From: a virus
Lineage: Duplodnaviria > Caudoviricetes
Reading direction: 5' to 3' (one strand)
Length of the DNA stretch: 64,000 nt
Virus record (IMG/VR): IMGVR_UViG_3300046786_000888
Location: 14,106 to 78,105 of that record
A program made the translations under genes and the position numbers. The notes under the pieces were generated by a model that did no database searches, was not told where the DNA came from, and saw only the letters and a program-made list of their open reading frames with translations. Of this stretch, positions 46,497 through 55,411 are shown piece by piece; position 1 is the stretch's first letter, and the number at the start of each line of letters is the position of its first letter.

Positions 46497-46841
46497 ATGA
46501 CACAACAACATCCCATCACCCCACCACCTGAGCTATTTGCCGAGTGGTGGGAACAGGCAGACCAGTATCAAGACGATCCAAAGACATACTTCGACTACGT
46601 TGCCACCGAAGCCGCCCAATGGGGTGCTGATCGGGAGTTGGAGGCGTGCTGTGAGTGGCTGCACTGGCAAAATCTAGCGACACACCCGGAGCTAATCCCA
46701 TCACTCCGCGCCGCTCGCCGCCCCAAGCCGCCGAGCTTGAAGGAGCAGGCGCTAGAACTGCTGGACAAAGCAGAAGACCCTAGATGGGATATCAATGATT
46801 TCACTGTTGTCCGCCGCGCACTGGAGCAACTTGATGACTGA
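46497..46841 (+). CDS. HPITPPPEL/WGAD.ELEACCEW/RPKPPSLKEQAL family, copy 1
   Basis: Shares four conserved blocks with 47040..47432 and three with the truncated 63726..64000. Confidence 0.75.
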   Translation: MTQQHPITPPPELFAEWWEQADQYQDDPKTYFDYVATEAAQWGADRELEACCEWLHWQNLATHPELIPSLRAARRPKPPSLKEQALELLDKAEDPRWDINDFTVVRRALEQLDD

Positions 46842-47043
46842 AAATCAAATCCATTTCATACGTGGTTGCTGTACAACAATCCTTATGTTTGCAGGGATTG
46901 GTTTATTGGCTGCAATCTTTTTGTCACCTGATGAACCTGTAGACAAATCAAAGTTTGAAGTCCTTGATCAGTACGAAGGTTGTTCAGTAATCCGTTACAC
47001 TGATTCCACATCTCGCTGGCATTACTTCCTTAAGTGCTCATGA
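46834..47043 (+). CDS. Small membrane-anchored protein
   Basis: TM helix followed by 'FEVLDQYEGCSVIRY...YFL.C'. Confidence 0.65.
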   Translation: MTENQIHFIRGCCTTILMFAGIGLLAAIFLSPDEPVDKSKFEVLDQYEGCSVIRYTDSTSRWHYFLKCS

Positions 47044-47432
47044 CACAAGAACACCCCGTCACACCACCACCGGAGCTGGTAAAGCAATGGCGAGAAGCGC
47101 CCGAGTTTTCTGCGCTGTCTCCGTGTGTGATGGTGACAGTTACCACCACTAAGCTGCAAGACATCGCTACTCAAGCCGCCCGATGGGGCGCAGACGCTGA
47201 GCTGGATGCGTGCTGTGAGTGGATCCCCAAGTGGACACCTTGGGACGCTGATCAACTCCGCGCCGACCGCCGCCCCAAGCCGCCGAGCTTGAAGGAGCAA
47301 GCGCTTGAGCAGTTGGATGGAATTGCAGCCGTATTCCAAATGTCTCACGGCGGCAACCTTGTATGTGACACCATCCGCCGCGCACTGGAGGCACTGCCCG
47401 ACAGCATTGTCGTATTTCCTTCTCAGTGTTAA
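47040..47432 (+). CDS. Paralog family, copy 2
   Basis: Same conserved blocks as copy 1. Confidence 0.75.
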   Translation: MTQEHPVTPPPELVKQWREAPEFSALSPCVMVTVTTTKLQDIATQAARWGADAELDACCEWIPKWTPWDADQLRADRRPKPPSLKEQALEQLDGIAAVFQMSHGGNLVCDTIRRALEALPDSIVVFPSQC

Positions 47433-47609
47433 AAGCATTAAAAAGCGGCAGGATGTCACCCCCACCGCTCTTGCAACTGGATCTCACTCCAGTCGCTTTG
47501 CTGCTTTCTGATCAGCCCCAGCACTGTAGCACACGGCAGGTATCAGCATGTATTACCTGAAAACAGGAATCAGCTAATACTTGCCCGCTTACGACCCGTC
47601 TCAATTTCC

Positions 47610-47798
47610 ATGTCTGAACTTTCCTCCGCCGCGCAGGCGGTGATTACTGCCAGCAACTGTGCTGGGTCTCGAATCGTGCAGTTGCACATTGCCGCCGCCC
47701 TGCGAGCCGCTGCGGATGAGGTATGCCTCCGTTGGGCTGAGCTGAAACATCCTGCAGATGTTTTGAACACCATCGCTGACGAGCTTGAAGCCTCGTAG
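47610..47798 (+). CDS. Hypothetical Ala-rich protein
   Basis: 'IAAALRAAAD...LNTIADELE'. Confidence 0.55.
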   Translation: MSELSSAAQAVITASNCAGSRIVQLHIAAALRAAADEVCLRWAELKHPADVLNTIADELEAS

Positions 47799-48139
47799 TC
47801 ACCTTCACTCGTATGCTTGACGACATAACTCCTGAGGAAAACGAGCGACGCTTTAGAGAGTGTATGGAACGGATCCACAACTTAACCCGCGAAGAACTGG
47901 TAGAGGTGATGGGCGAAGAATGGCTTGAAGACTATCGCCGCAAGTTCTCTTAGTCAAACTCACTAAACACTATGACTGACGAACAAATCGACACACTCCG
48001 AACACTCATTCAAGGCGAAATCGAAGCCGCTCTTCAAAATGAAAACGGCTACCGATTTGCATTCGAACAAGAGCAGACAAACGATCAAGGTTGGGAAACC
48101 TTCAAGAAGTTATTTAAGTCCCACTAACCGCACTCACTA

Positions 48140-48367
48140 ATGAAACTCCTCAGCGAAAATCTGGATTTTAATAGCTACCCAGATGCTCTCTGGGAATTAG
48201 GATCACAGTTCATCATCTCCCGTGGCTACGAACAAGAAATAGACGTCGACTCCCTGATGGTACTTCTGTGGAAAATGCAGCAACGCATCGAAAAGCTGGA
48301 ATCCCTGACCACGCCTGGATTCTGCGGCGAAACTTGCGACAAAACCTCTACACTCACAAACGAATGA
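48140..48367 (+). CDS. Hypothetical protein
   Basis: ORF in a tightly packed small-gene run. Confidence 0.55.
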   Translation: MKLLSENLDFNSYPDALWELGSQFIISRGYEQEIDVDSLMVLLWKMQQRIEKLESLTTPGFCGETCDKTSTLTNE

Positions 48368-48374
48368 GGTTGTT

Positions 48375-48629
48375 ATGACCGACCTTGAACTGATCGAAGC
48401 TGCAAACAGAGCCGGTCTGTGCGTGGCACAGTGCTGGGACTTAGACGAACTCTATAATCTCGATGCAGTAGAAAACACAGAGGACTGGATTCGCGATTCG
48501 CAAACAGCGGACGAACGCGACGAAAAGGAACGCGTGGCAAACCACATCCGCCTACGCGCTCAAGAGAAAATGAACAATCTGCGTGAGTTTGCCGAACTGA
48601 TCCTGGCTGCGGAGCGAATTCGAAAATGA
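48375..48629 (+). CDS. Hypothetical protein
   Basis: SD GAGGT, ORF. Confidence 0.55.
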   Translation: MTDLELIEAANRAGLCVAQCWDLDELYNLDAVENTEDWIRDSQTADERDEKERVANHIRLRAQEKMNNLREFAELILAAERIRK

Positions 48630-48868
48630 CCACGCTGCGCCAACTACTGCAAGAACTCGTGGAGGAGATTGATAAAACGCCCCCTCCTTTAGCTCTCGGG
48701 TGTTTAGCCGATCGTTGCCGCGATTACCTGGACGATCACCCAGAACGTCAACCAACAGTAGAAGAACTGCACGCCCTGTGGGACGAAATATGGTCCGACC
48801 CAAACAGGATGCGTTACATGCACATAATATACGCTCAACAAATTTTAGAAAAATGGGGTAATAGATGA
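48626..48868 (+). CDS. Hypothetical protein
   Basis: ATGA-coupled ORF. Confidence 0.55.
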   Translation: MTTLRQLLQELVEEIDKTPPPLALGCLADRCRDYLDDHPERQPTVEELHALWDEIWSDPNRMRYMHIIYAQQILEKWGNR

Positions 48869-49050
48869 GCCTAATACACAAATTACAAATTAATCCTGAA
48901 CTGTATCCTTTATGTCTTACAAACGCCCAACTAAAGACTATCTTGGAGTTAATTGCCAACGAAGTCGAAGAACGTGGCGATAAACACCTAGACCTAGATC
49001 CAGGTGAAACATCAGATTGGTTACGCCAAGAAGCCGCATCTATCGACTAG
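48865..49050 (+). CDS. Hypothetical protein
   Basis: ATGA-coupled ORF. Confidence 0.55.
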   Translation: MSLIHKLQINPELYPLCLTNAQLKTILELIANEVEERGDKHLDLDPGETSDWLRQEAASID

Positions 49051-49083
49051 CGCAATCCAACAGCGTTTTTCTGAGGTGCCGTC

Positions 49084-49239
49084 ATCGACGACCAAACTCG
49101 CCAGAACTGGCTCAAAGTAAAAACGGCTCTAGAAGCCGCCGGTAAAACTGAGTCACACTTTTACAAACGTGCAGTTGCTGTCTCAAAAGGACAAGAAGAC
49201 CCTGGTTTTGAAAAATACACTGCTCAATTGTTCCAATGA
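49084..49239 (+). CDS. 51-aa protein (..TRQNWLKVKTALEAAGKT.S.FYKRA family) with apparent ATC start
   Basis: SD GAGGT 6 nt before ATC; in-frame TGA three codons upstream; no ATG/GTG/TTG available. Confidence 0.5.
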   Translation: MDDQTRQNWLKVKTALEAAGKTESHFYKRAVAVSKGQEDPGFEKYTAQLFQ

Positions 49240-49412
49240 CGTACTACACCGGCGCAAATAAATAGATTTGTCAGAAAGTAACTCAAAAAAATGCCCGTGC
49301 GAACCCACGCAACGGCATCGGATTCTTTATCGCACTCCGAAGCCCTCTCCCCAAGGGCTTTAAACCACAAACGCCTCCAGCGAGGACGAGTTTTAGTCCG
49401 CATTTGCCGCAT
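49224..49412 (-). CDS. Small membrane protein
   Basis: 'LWFKALGE.A...D.ESD.VA..RT.IF..Y..TN.FI.AGV.RHWN'. Confidence 0.6.
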   Translation of the reverse strand: MRQMRTKTRPRWRRLWFKALGERASECDKESDAVAWVRTGIFLSYFLTNLFICAGVVRHWNN

Positions 49413-49540
49413 CAGAAGCCCATTTTTTCTTGCAAAACTCTGAAAAGAGCGTTTTGCACTCTTCGTTAGTCACTCCGAGATAAACGGCAGCCTTCGGCAC
49501 GTTCCATTTAGCGGTATAAAGCCGCTCAAACGGATCGATT

Positions 49541-49744
49541 TCATTTGATTTGGAGTTCTCCATTGGAATCCCAGCTCATATAAACAGTCATACGCTGTCG
49601 ATCCGCATCAGAACGGAACTTTTCCACGGTGGTGGGACTGCCCTTACCGCTCAGCTTGATCAGCTTAGCGAGCTCATCCACGATGGGCACGCCGCTGAGA
49701 ACGTCGAGTTCAGTAGGCACAGTCGGGGCTCCCAGCTGCCCCAA
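49541..49744 (-). CDS. Hypothetical protein
   Basis: ORF. Confidence 0.45.
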   Translation of the reverse strand: MGQLGAPTVPTELDVLSGVPIVDELAKLIKLSGKGSPTTVEKFRSDADRQRMTVYMSWDSNGELQIK

Positions 49745-49797
49745 TTTAAATCTTTAATCGCAAAAAAATATGCGATCCCAAATAATTTAAGAAGAGC

Positions 49798-50337
49798 TTA
49801 GGCTCCTCGCAGCAGATAATTTAAGAGAGGATTATCGTAGGGAGACTGAGGAGCACCCAGCGCAGGGCGTTGCATCTTCTCTCGCATCAACTGTTGATAG
49901 GCTTCCTGCGACATAGGCAGGCGCGGATCTTCGCCCACGGGGATGTTGCCCTGGGCCACCATATCGCCGCCGCCTAACTCCGCCTTGCGAACACCAGGAA
50001 GAGCAGGACCGGGAAGATACATCTTGCGAATGTCGTCCGCAAAGTCAGGGTTAGCTTCAATCAGCCGCTGAACGTCGGTAGGCGAGAGACCTTTGCGCGA
50101 ACGACGAGCATCACCGCGTTCACCGCCGATATCAAAACTAGGAGAACCCGCAATAAGCTCAGCAACAGCGAGCTCCATAAAACCACGGGGATCGATAGCG
50201 GGCGAATTCATTTGAGGATACGCAGTGCGCCAGGTGCTGGGATCGTCTGGCATCCCGACCATAGGCCGGGAGCTCTTAGGACGCGAGTAAACGTTCCCGG
50301 CCGCTGTGACGGTGTACTCGTTAGGGTCCTGATTCAC
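49798..50337 (-). CDS. Hypothetical protein, probably virion
   Basis: P/G/Q-rich ORF downstream of the 850-aa gene. Confidence 0.55.
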   Translation of the reverse strand: MNQDPNEYTVTAAGNVYSRPKSSRPMVGMPDDPSTWRTAYPQMNSPAIDPRGFMELAVAELIAGSPSFDIGGERGDARRSRKGLSPTDVQRLIEANPDFADDIRKMYLPGPALPGVRKAELGGGDMVAQGNIPVGEDPRLPMSQEAYQQLMREKMQRPALGAPQSPYDNPLLNYLLRGA

Positions 50338-50362
50338 AGCGGGCTAAAAATCTAGACTAAGT

Positions 50363-52915
50363 CTAGCGTCCGAACAACAACTCAGACAAACCAAACTCGC
50401 CACGGCGTGGGTTAAACCGTTCGCCCGCAAGTTCTAGCCTTCGCTGCAACTCAGAACGATTTTGCTGACGTTGCTGTTCGGTTCGTTGTGCTTGTGTCAA
50501 AGGTCGAATTTGCGCAGTTAACGGCTGTGGGCCTGTACGGGCAGGGCTAGCCACACCGGTTCGAGGCGCAGTACCGAGGGCTTGACGCAGCTTAGGCACG
50601 ATGCCCTCTCCGGTTTCTTGACGCACCACTTCGTTCAGTGCCCGAGCTCCGGCAGTGCCCACCATACCAGCACCGATGCCAGGTGCCAATGGTGCTACAG
50701 CAGGCAGTGCCAAGACGGAAGAGGCGGCTGCCGCCGTAGGCAGACTCTGTACGAACTCCCTACCCATCTGCTGAGCCATGGGCGCAAGCCCTTCGCGATA
50801 CCCAGTCTGAATAGCTTCGGGACTAGGAATCAAATCCGCAGCCCCAGGAAGAAGAGCCGAGGGAGTGCGACGCAAAGCCCGGACATATTCACCCGCACCC
50901 TGCGCAGCAGCAGATACAGGATCCATAGAGTAATAACTACGTTTATAAGTCTCCGAACCTTGCCTATACGGATCGGACCTATAAGGTTGGATGGGGACCG
51001 TTGCACCGGTATCCGGATCTATGTAACCGAATTGCCCACTAGGCGTCGAAGCTCCGAAGCCCAGCTGTTGGTACCACAAGGAGCGTTTGTTGCCTTTTTC
51101 TCCGCCTGTACGAGAGCCTTCATTACTTAGCGGCGCATTGCGCACAACAGCGCCTGCAGGTATACCTGCCCTAGCGTTTGCTTTAACAAAATTCATCACA
51201 TCTTGTTTTAGCTCGTCCGGTACACCCGCATCGCTGTAGTTCCCGTTTATGCTGAAATCTATATTATATAAACCAGCATAAGGCTTTTCATTTAACAAAG
51301 AAGCCACATTTTCATTTATATCTCTTGGATCTAAACCGCCGTAAGCAGGATCCCTATTTATTTCGACTTTGTACGGAACACCCGAAGAAGAATAAAACGT
51401 CTCGCTAATTGTGGGCTCAAAGTCATCAGGCACATAAGACTTATTGCGATCAAAAAACGCTAACTTCTCAGCAGCCGCAGGGTACAATTCCTCAAGATCC
51501 ATAGAAGACAAATATTGGCCGCCACCCGCACCTGCCGAACGTGTTGGAACCTCTGCCATTTTATTAGGCAGATCTTCAATAAACCCATATAAGAAGTCTG
51601 TAGCATCATATTTCTTACTTGTGTTCTGTATGTTGTTTTTAACTTTAGAGAAAGCCCGCTCAATAGCTGTTACGGGACCTAAATCAATGACGTCCCGAGG
51701 GAACGCATAGGCAATATCCGTAGCATTTGGATCCTGTAAATTCTGAAAATAGTTCTGTACTTTCTCTATCTCGCCAAGAGGCAGTTTCTCATAATTAACA
51801 GGAAGATAACGTCCGTACTGATTAAGAAGATCGGCTTTAGCGACACGTAAACCGCTACCCGAAGATCCTCGAAGGACATCAAGCTGCTCAGGATACGTAG
51901 AAGCAAAACGACGTATGTCTTCCTCCGTCTTTCTAGGACCTTCAAAATACCCAGAGTCTTGGTCCTCATCCCAATCCACATCCGGGGCTCTGGATTCGCT
52001 CGGCAAAACACCAGATTCACGTAAAGAATCGTAGATGTAGTCGGGATCCGCCCCACGCTCCTGCAAGAGGTTATACAGGCTATCAGCAAACTCTCCGGGA
52101 AACTCATCGGCTATCTGTAAAGTTCCAAATTGATCTCTAGCTACTCGGCTACGGAGCCACTCGTTGTCGTAATTTCGGGTCGCATCGAGTTGAATAGGTT
52201 CATCAAAAGCCTCTCCGGCAAAACCAGAAACAGCTCTATCTAAAACATCAAGGGCACGTAACGGTGCAGGCGCGTCAAGTCCCGTTAGAGCAGTGCCGGC
52301 GGGGTAAGAAGGAATGACGACTTCAGGAGTCCCCAAGAAAGCAATGTCCCGCGATATTACGGAAGGACGGAAAGATGCGGATGTGGCAGCAGTTCGCTCC
52401 GCAGGACTAAGTTCAGAAGTAGGTTCTCCTGTGCCGACCCGACCGCGAAATCCTTGTCCTGTCTCAACGCCACGGCGTTCAGTAGAAGGTGTGGACGGGT
52501 TAGGATCGCCGTATTCCCCAGGCGCCTCGCCGAACAACTGGCGCAAAGCATAGGCATCCTCAAGTCCCGCCATTGCGTTAAAAGCACCGCTATTAGGCGT
52601 ATCCATCAAGCGGCTCAAGTCCTGCATGAGCTTGGGCGTATTTCTAATGCCCCGCTTAACCTCTATACCTTGTTGAATAGCTTCGGGCACTGGACGAGTG
52701 CGGCCGGCTTCATCCAGCGATATATCGCCAAAAAGACCTCGAATATTTCTAGGATCGTCAAAAAAACGGCTCACCCGCTGATTAAAAAGCGCAGGCTCTT
52801 CAAAAGGCAGCTCAAGTTGATAACCGTACGCCCGTCCGAGGGGTTGAATATCTGGAGAACCGACAAAATTCTGCCACTCAGCACGATTTAAGCGCTCAGA
52901 ATTGATATTGGTCAC
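50363..52915 (-). CDS. Large probable internal virion/ejection protein with a GNAT-like segment
   Basis: 850 aa; 'NIDFSING...NKRSLWYQQLGF' motif; A/G-rich C-terminus. Confidence 0.55.
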   Translation of the reverse strand: MTNINSERLNRAEWQNFVGSPDIQPLGRAYGYQLELPFEEPALFNQRVSRFFDDPRNIRGLFGDISLDEAGRTRPVPEAIQQGIEVKRGIRNTPKLMQDLSRLMDTPNSGAFNAMAGLEDAYALRQLFGEAPGEYGDPNPSTPSTERRGVETGQGFRGRVGTGEPTSELSPAERTAATSASFRPSVISRDIAFLGTPEVVIPSYPAGTALTGLDAPAPLRALDVLDRAVSGFAGEAFDEPIQLDATRNYDNEWLRSRVARDQFGTLQIADEFPGEFADSLYNLLQERGADPDYIYDSLRESGVLPSESRAPDVDWDEDQDSGYFEGPRKTEEDIRRFASTYPEQLDVLRGSSGSGLRVAKADLLNQYGRYLPVNYEKLPLGEIEKVQNYFQNLQDPNATDIAYAFPRDVIDLGPVTAIERAFSKVKNNIQNTSKKYDATDFLYGFIEDLPNKMAEVPTRSAGAGGGQYLSSMDLEELYPAAAEKLAFFDRNKSYVPDDFEPTISETFYSSSGVPYKVEINRDPAYGGLDPRDINENVASLLNEKPYAGLYNIDFSINGNYSDAGVPDELKQDVMNFVKANARAGIPAGAVVRNAPLSNEGSRTGGEKGNKRSLWYQQLGFGASTPSGQFGYIDPDTGATVPIQPYRSDPYRQGSETYKRSYYSMDPVSAAAQGAGEYVRALRRTPSALLPGAADLIPSPEAIQTGYREGLAPMAQQMGREFVQSLPTAAAASSVLALPAVAPLAPGIGAGMVGTAGARALNEVVRQETGEGIVPKLRQALGTAPRTGVASPARTGPQPLTAQIRPLTQAQRTEQQRQQNRSELQRRLELAGERFNPRRGEFGLSELLFGR

Positions 52916-52951
52916 GGCTAAAGATTCTTTAGCTTACTTTAAACGAATTTC

Positions 52952-53185
52952 GTGCTCCGTCTTAGCATATACAAGTACTCTGACCTCCCCTTCGTGGCAC
53001 GGGAGTGGAACACCCCTACTCGTGAGCCGTGGAACGGGGTAATCAAAACAGCATTAGACGCTGTTGATCGACACAACGCATTTTATTTCCAAACAAAGGA
53101 TCATAAACACCTAATTGCTGCTGAATTATTACGAAGTTACGTTAAATTCCTGAAAGATCTCCTTGTAGAGTCCGAAAAAGTTTGA
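52952..53185 (+). CDS. Hypothetical protein
   Basis: ORF followed by a terminator. Confidence 0.55.
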   Translation: MLRLSIYKYSDLPFVAREWNTPTREPWNGVIKTALDAVDRHNAFYFQTKDHKHLIAAELLRSYVKFLKDLLVESEKV

Positions 53186-53189
53186 GTCG

Positions 53190-53215
53190 TCGCCCCACGC
53201 GGGCGATTTTTTTTT
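53190..53215 (+). terminator. Rho-independent terminator
   Basis: TCGCCC-CACGC-GGGCGA followed by T9. Confidence 0.8.
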
Positions 53216-53596
53216 CGTTCAGGGCCTGTCCGTATACTGACACTAAACCTTTTGGCCCCGATTTTCCCGCAAGATTTACAAAGGGTTCTCGCCGGCGGCG
53301 ACGTCAAACGCACACAATTAAAAAAAAGGGGCAGGTTGCGTACAGACGCGCGGGTGCGGGGGAGCTGAGTTTGTATAACGAATCAAATAGCAATCGTTAT
53401 GTATTACAAACTCCTACTCTTGTTCTATTCTTTTTACTGAGCGGGGGAGGATACCCCTTTAACTAAAGAGAATTCAGATCGTGAAGCCGCTTGACTAAAG
53501 GGCAGACGTGGTGCTAGCGCGTGCGCCCGCGCGCTTTCCTTTAGCTAGCTAGCTGACTGTGCTCTGTGTGCTTTTGCTGACCGCACGCTTAGGGGG

Positions 53597-53626
53597 TTGA
53601 CGGGATGCGCTGATGGGGGCTACCTT
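53597..53626 (+). promoter_or_regulatory. Sigma70-type promoter in front of the large structured RNA
   Basis: TTGACG-N18-TACCTT, preceded by TAGGGGG like the 8.4/8.6-kb promoters; predicted +1 at about 53633 coincides with the first stem. Confidence 0.6.
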
Positions 53627-53632
53627 TAGGTC

Positions 53633-54410
53633 ACTGGAGGAACGGGGCGAGAGCCACGCCGCCAGGGCACCTAGACAACTGAATCAACTCTCGCGACGGC
53701 CGAACTGGCCCCGCGCGTCTGCCGCTGATGGTAGGGAGCACTTCCCCGAAGTGTAGGCAAGGGCAGGCAAGGTGTGCCGGAACGAGTGCGGCGAGAGTTG
53801 TAGTAGGTAACTAGGTGAAAGAACCTTGGTAATTGAATAGTGGAACAAGCACCGACACGGTGAGGGTAGGCGAACTAGCGCCGCACCGTGCACGGCCTTG
53901 ATGCGGATTGCGCCGATGGGGTGCGCAATAGCCAGACGGCGGCGGCCGGACTGAAATTAACGCGAGCAGTGGCAGGCTCACCGTTCCACAATGTCAGGCT
54001 GTGCTTTGTCAGCTGGCACCTTTAACTAGGTGAACAGTTAATGACAAGAACAGTTGTTGTAGTTGTTGTCAGCTAGTACCGCAAGGGAACGTACGGATGA
54101 CACAGCTTAGCCCACCAGACTCCAGCTACGGTGCAGTGCTAAGTGCCAGACCTTTAAGGTCACAGCGTGGGTATAAGGGTAGGAGATCCCCCACTAGAGA
54201 GTAATGAAGCCCAGACAATAACTACAACAACGTAACTAGAACTATACGGGCGGCGCTGAGCTTCCAGCGCCATAAGTGTGATCAAAGCCGAGCAGTAAGA
54301 CTGCGAAAGGTATAGGTCTCTACCTAAGTGTGTAGCACAGCTAAATGGTTTAGCTAAGTTGCACACACCTAACATGACGAATAGCCCGTGGCACGCAGTT
54401 AGTTACAGCT
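53633..54410 (+). ncRNA. Large (~780 nt) ornate structured non-coding RNA; GOLLD-sized, family not confirmed
   Basis: No credible ORF; at least 12 helices, including 10-bp 53685-94/53791-800, 18-bp 54053-70/54214-31 and 7-bp 54232-38/54400-06; GNRA loops, an E-loop and a predicted pseudoknot. Confidence 0.8.
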
Positions 54411-54419
54411 TTGCACTTG

Positions 54420-54785
54420 TCACTTTGCAGGCTTTGTCTGTCTGGTGGAGAATTCCAAGTTGTACCCTTTACGATCCGCACTGTTCTTTAAGCGATGATC
54501 CTTGCACGAGAGAAGTTGTAAGTTCTCCAATGTGTGCAAGCCACCCTTAAATAGTGGGATCTTGTGGTCGACTTCGTATTCTTCACCTGATTGATTAAGT
54601 CTGTCTCGTTGACGATAGAGTAAGTTGACTTGCTCAATCTCGTCTAACGAGCTTAATTTAATCTGGTGACTATAACCCCGTACACAAACTTGATCTGCTG
54701 AGGGGCAAGCTTTCCTTATTTCATCCAGTGATGTAAGGATTTCAGGTTCCACGCGGGCGATTATGTCTTTGACGTAGTCGTTCAT
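54420..54785 (-). CDS. Small HNH endonuclease convergent on the ncRNA
   Basis: 'YEVDHKIPLFKGGLHTLENLQLL....HRLK'. Confidence 0.85.
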   Translation of the reverse strand: MNDYVKDIIARVEPEILTSLDEIRKACPSADQVCVRGYSHQIKLSSLDEIEQVNLLYRQRDRLNQSGEEYEVDHKIPLFKGGLHTLENLQLLSCKDHRLKNSADRKGYNLEFSTRQTKPAK

Positions 54786-54977
54786 TTAATGTTGCCGGGG
54801 GCCAGTAGTCTACCAGACTAAGAGAGCAGGGGCATTTTGTAAGCTGTAGCTAACTCAGTGCGTATATTTTAGTTTGGAGCAACAGTTCTGAACTGTATTA
54901 GGGCGGAGCCTGTTAACTACTAGCTTTGTCCAGGTTAAGTATTAAGTTTGATCCGATAGGATCATTCTTGATCACAG

Positions 54978-55036
54978 ACTGATTCTCTCCCCCAGCCACG
55001 GGTTAGGTGAGGGATTCTTCCCTCTTTGTTGTTAGC
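54978..55036 (+). repeat. ACTGATTCTCTCC / GAGGG-hairpin leader element, copy A
   Basis: ACTGATTCTCTCC-variable stem-TGAGGG.ATTCTT.CCCTC-TTTGTTGTTAGC. Confidence 0.65.
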
Positions 55037-55053
55037 TGCCAGCCGTGTAGCTG

Positions 55054-55380
55054 GTGAATGTTATGGACATCAAGACCAACAATCAGCCTCGTCAGCCTAT
55101 GTCAGGGCTGACCCTTTCTTTGTTTGTCGGTGACAAGCAAGCTGCCAAGATTCGCAAGCAGTTTGACTACTTAACTGACACTGAGTTTGAGGATGAATCA
55201 TTCATTATGTACAAAGGTTATGTGTACGCAATGTCTGACTTTATGCGTATCGAACAAGATTCTACTGGTGATCTTGCACAGTCTGGCTGGCACGGTTACA
55301 GCTCAGACTCATTCTTTAGCGGCGTGTTAATCAAACTGTGTGATGACGGCGATGTCATCCTTGGTCGCTACTGTTCCTGA
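55054..55380 (+). CDS. Early hypothetical protein
   Basis: 'WHGYSSDSFFSGVLI...D..V..GRY'. Confidence 0.65.
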   Translation: MNVMDIKTNNQPRQPMSGLTLSLFVGDKQAAKIRKQFDYLTDTEFEDESFIMYKGYVYAMSDFMRIEQDSTGDLAQSGWHGYSSDSFFSGVLIKLCDDGDVILGRYCS

Positions 55381-55411
55381 ATTCTCTAACTAACTTGACT
55401 ACATTCAGATC

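Noticed and set aside
47433-47570. Hairpin-rich intergenic stretch as an sRNA
   Set aside because: Only a few short stems, with no promoter or repeat support; compatible with chance or a terminator.
50582-51130. 182-aa plus-strand ORF
   Set aside because: Antisense to the 850-aa gene, with no motif or RBS support.
53633-54410. RNase P RNA, tmRNA, group II intron or rRNA fragment
   Set aside because: No GAGGAAAGUCC/CAGAA..CGGCUUA P4 strands, no tRNA-like ends or T-loop+CCA, no GUGYG 5' end or convincing domain V; rRNA similarity is limited to one 17-nt E-loop module.
53684-54550. Short ORFs 53684..53893, 54160..54375 and 54359..54550
   Set aside because: No motifs or RBS; they lie over the structured RNA or antisense to the HNH.
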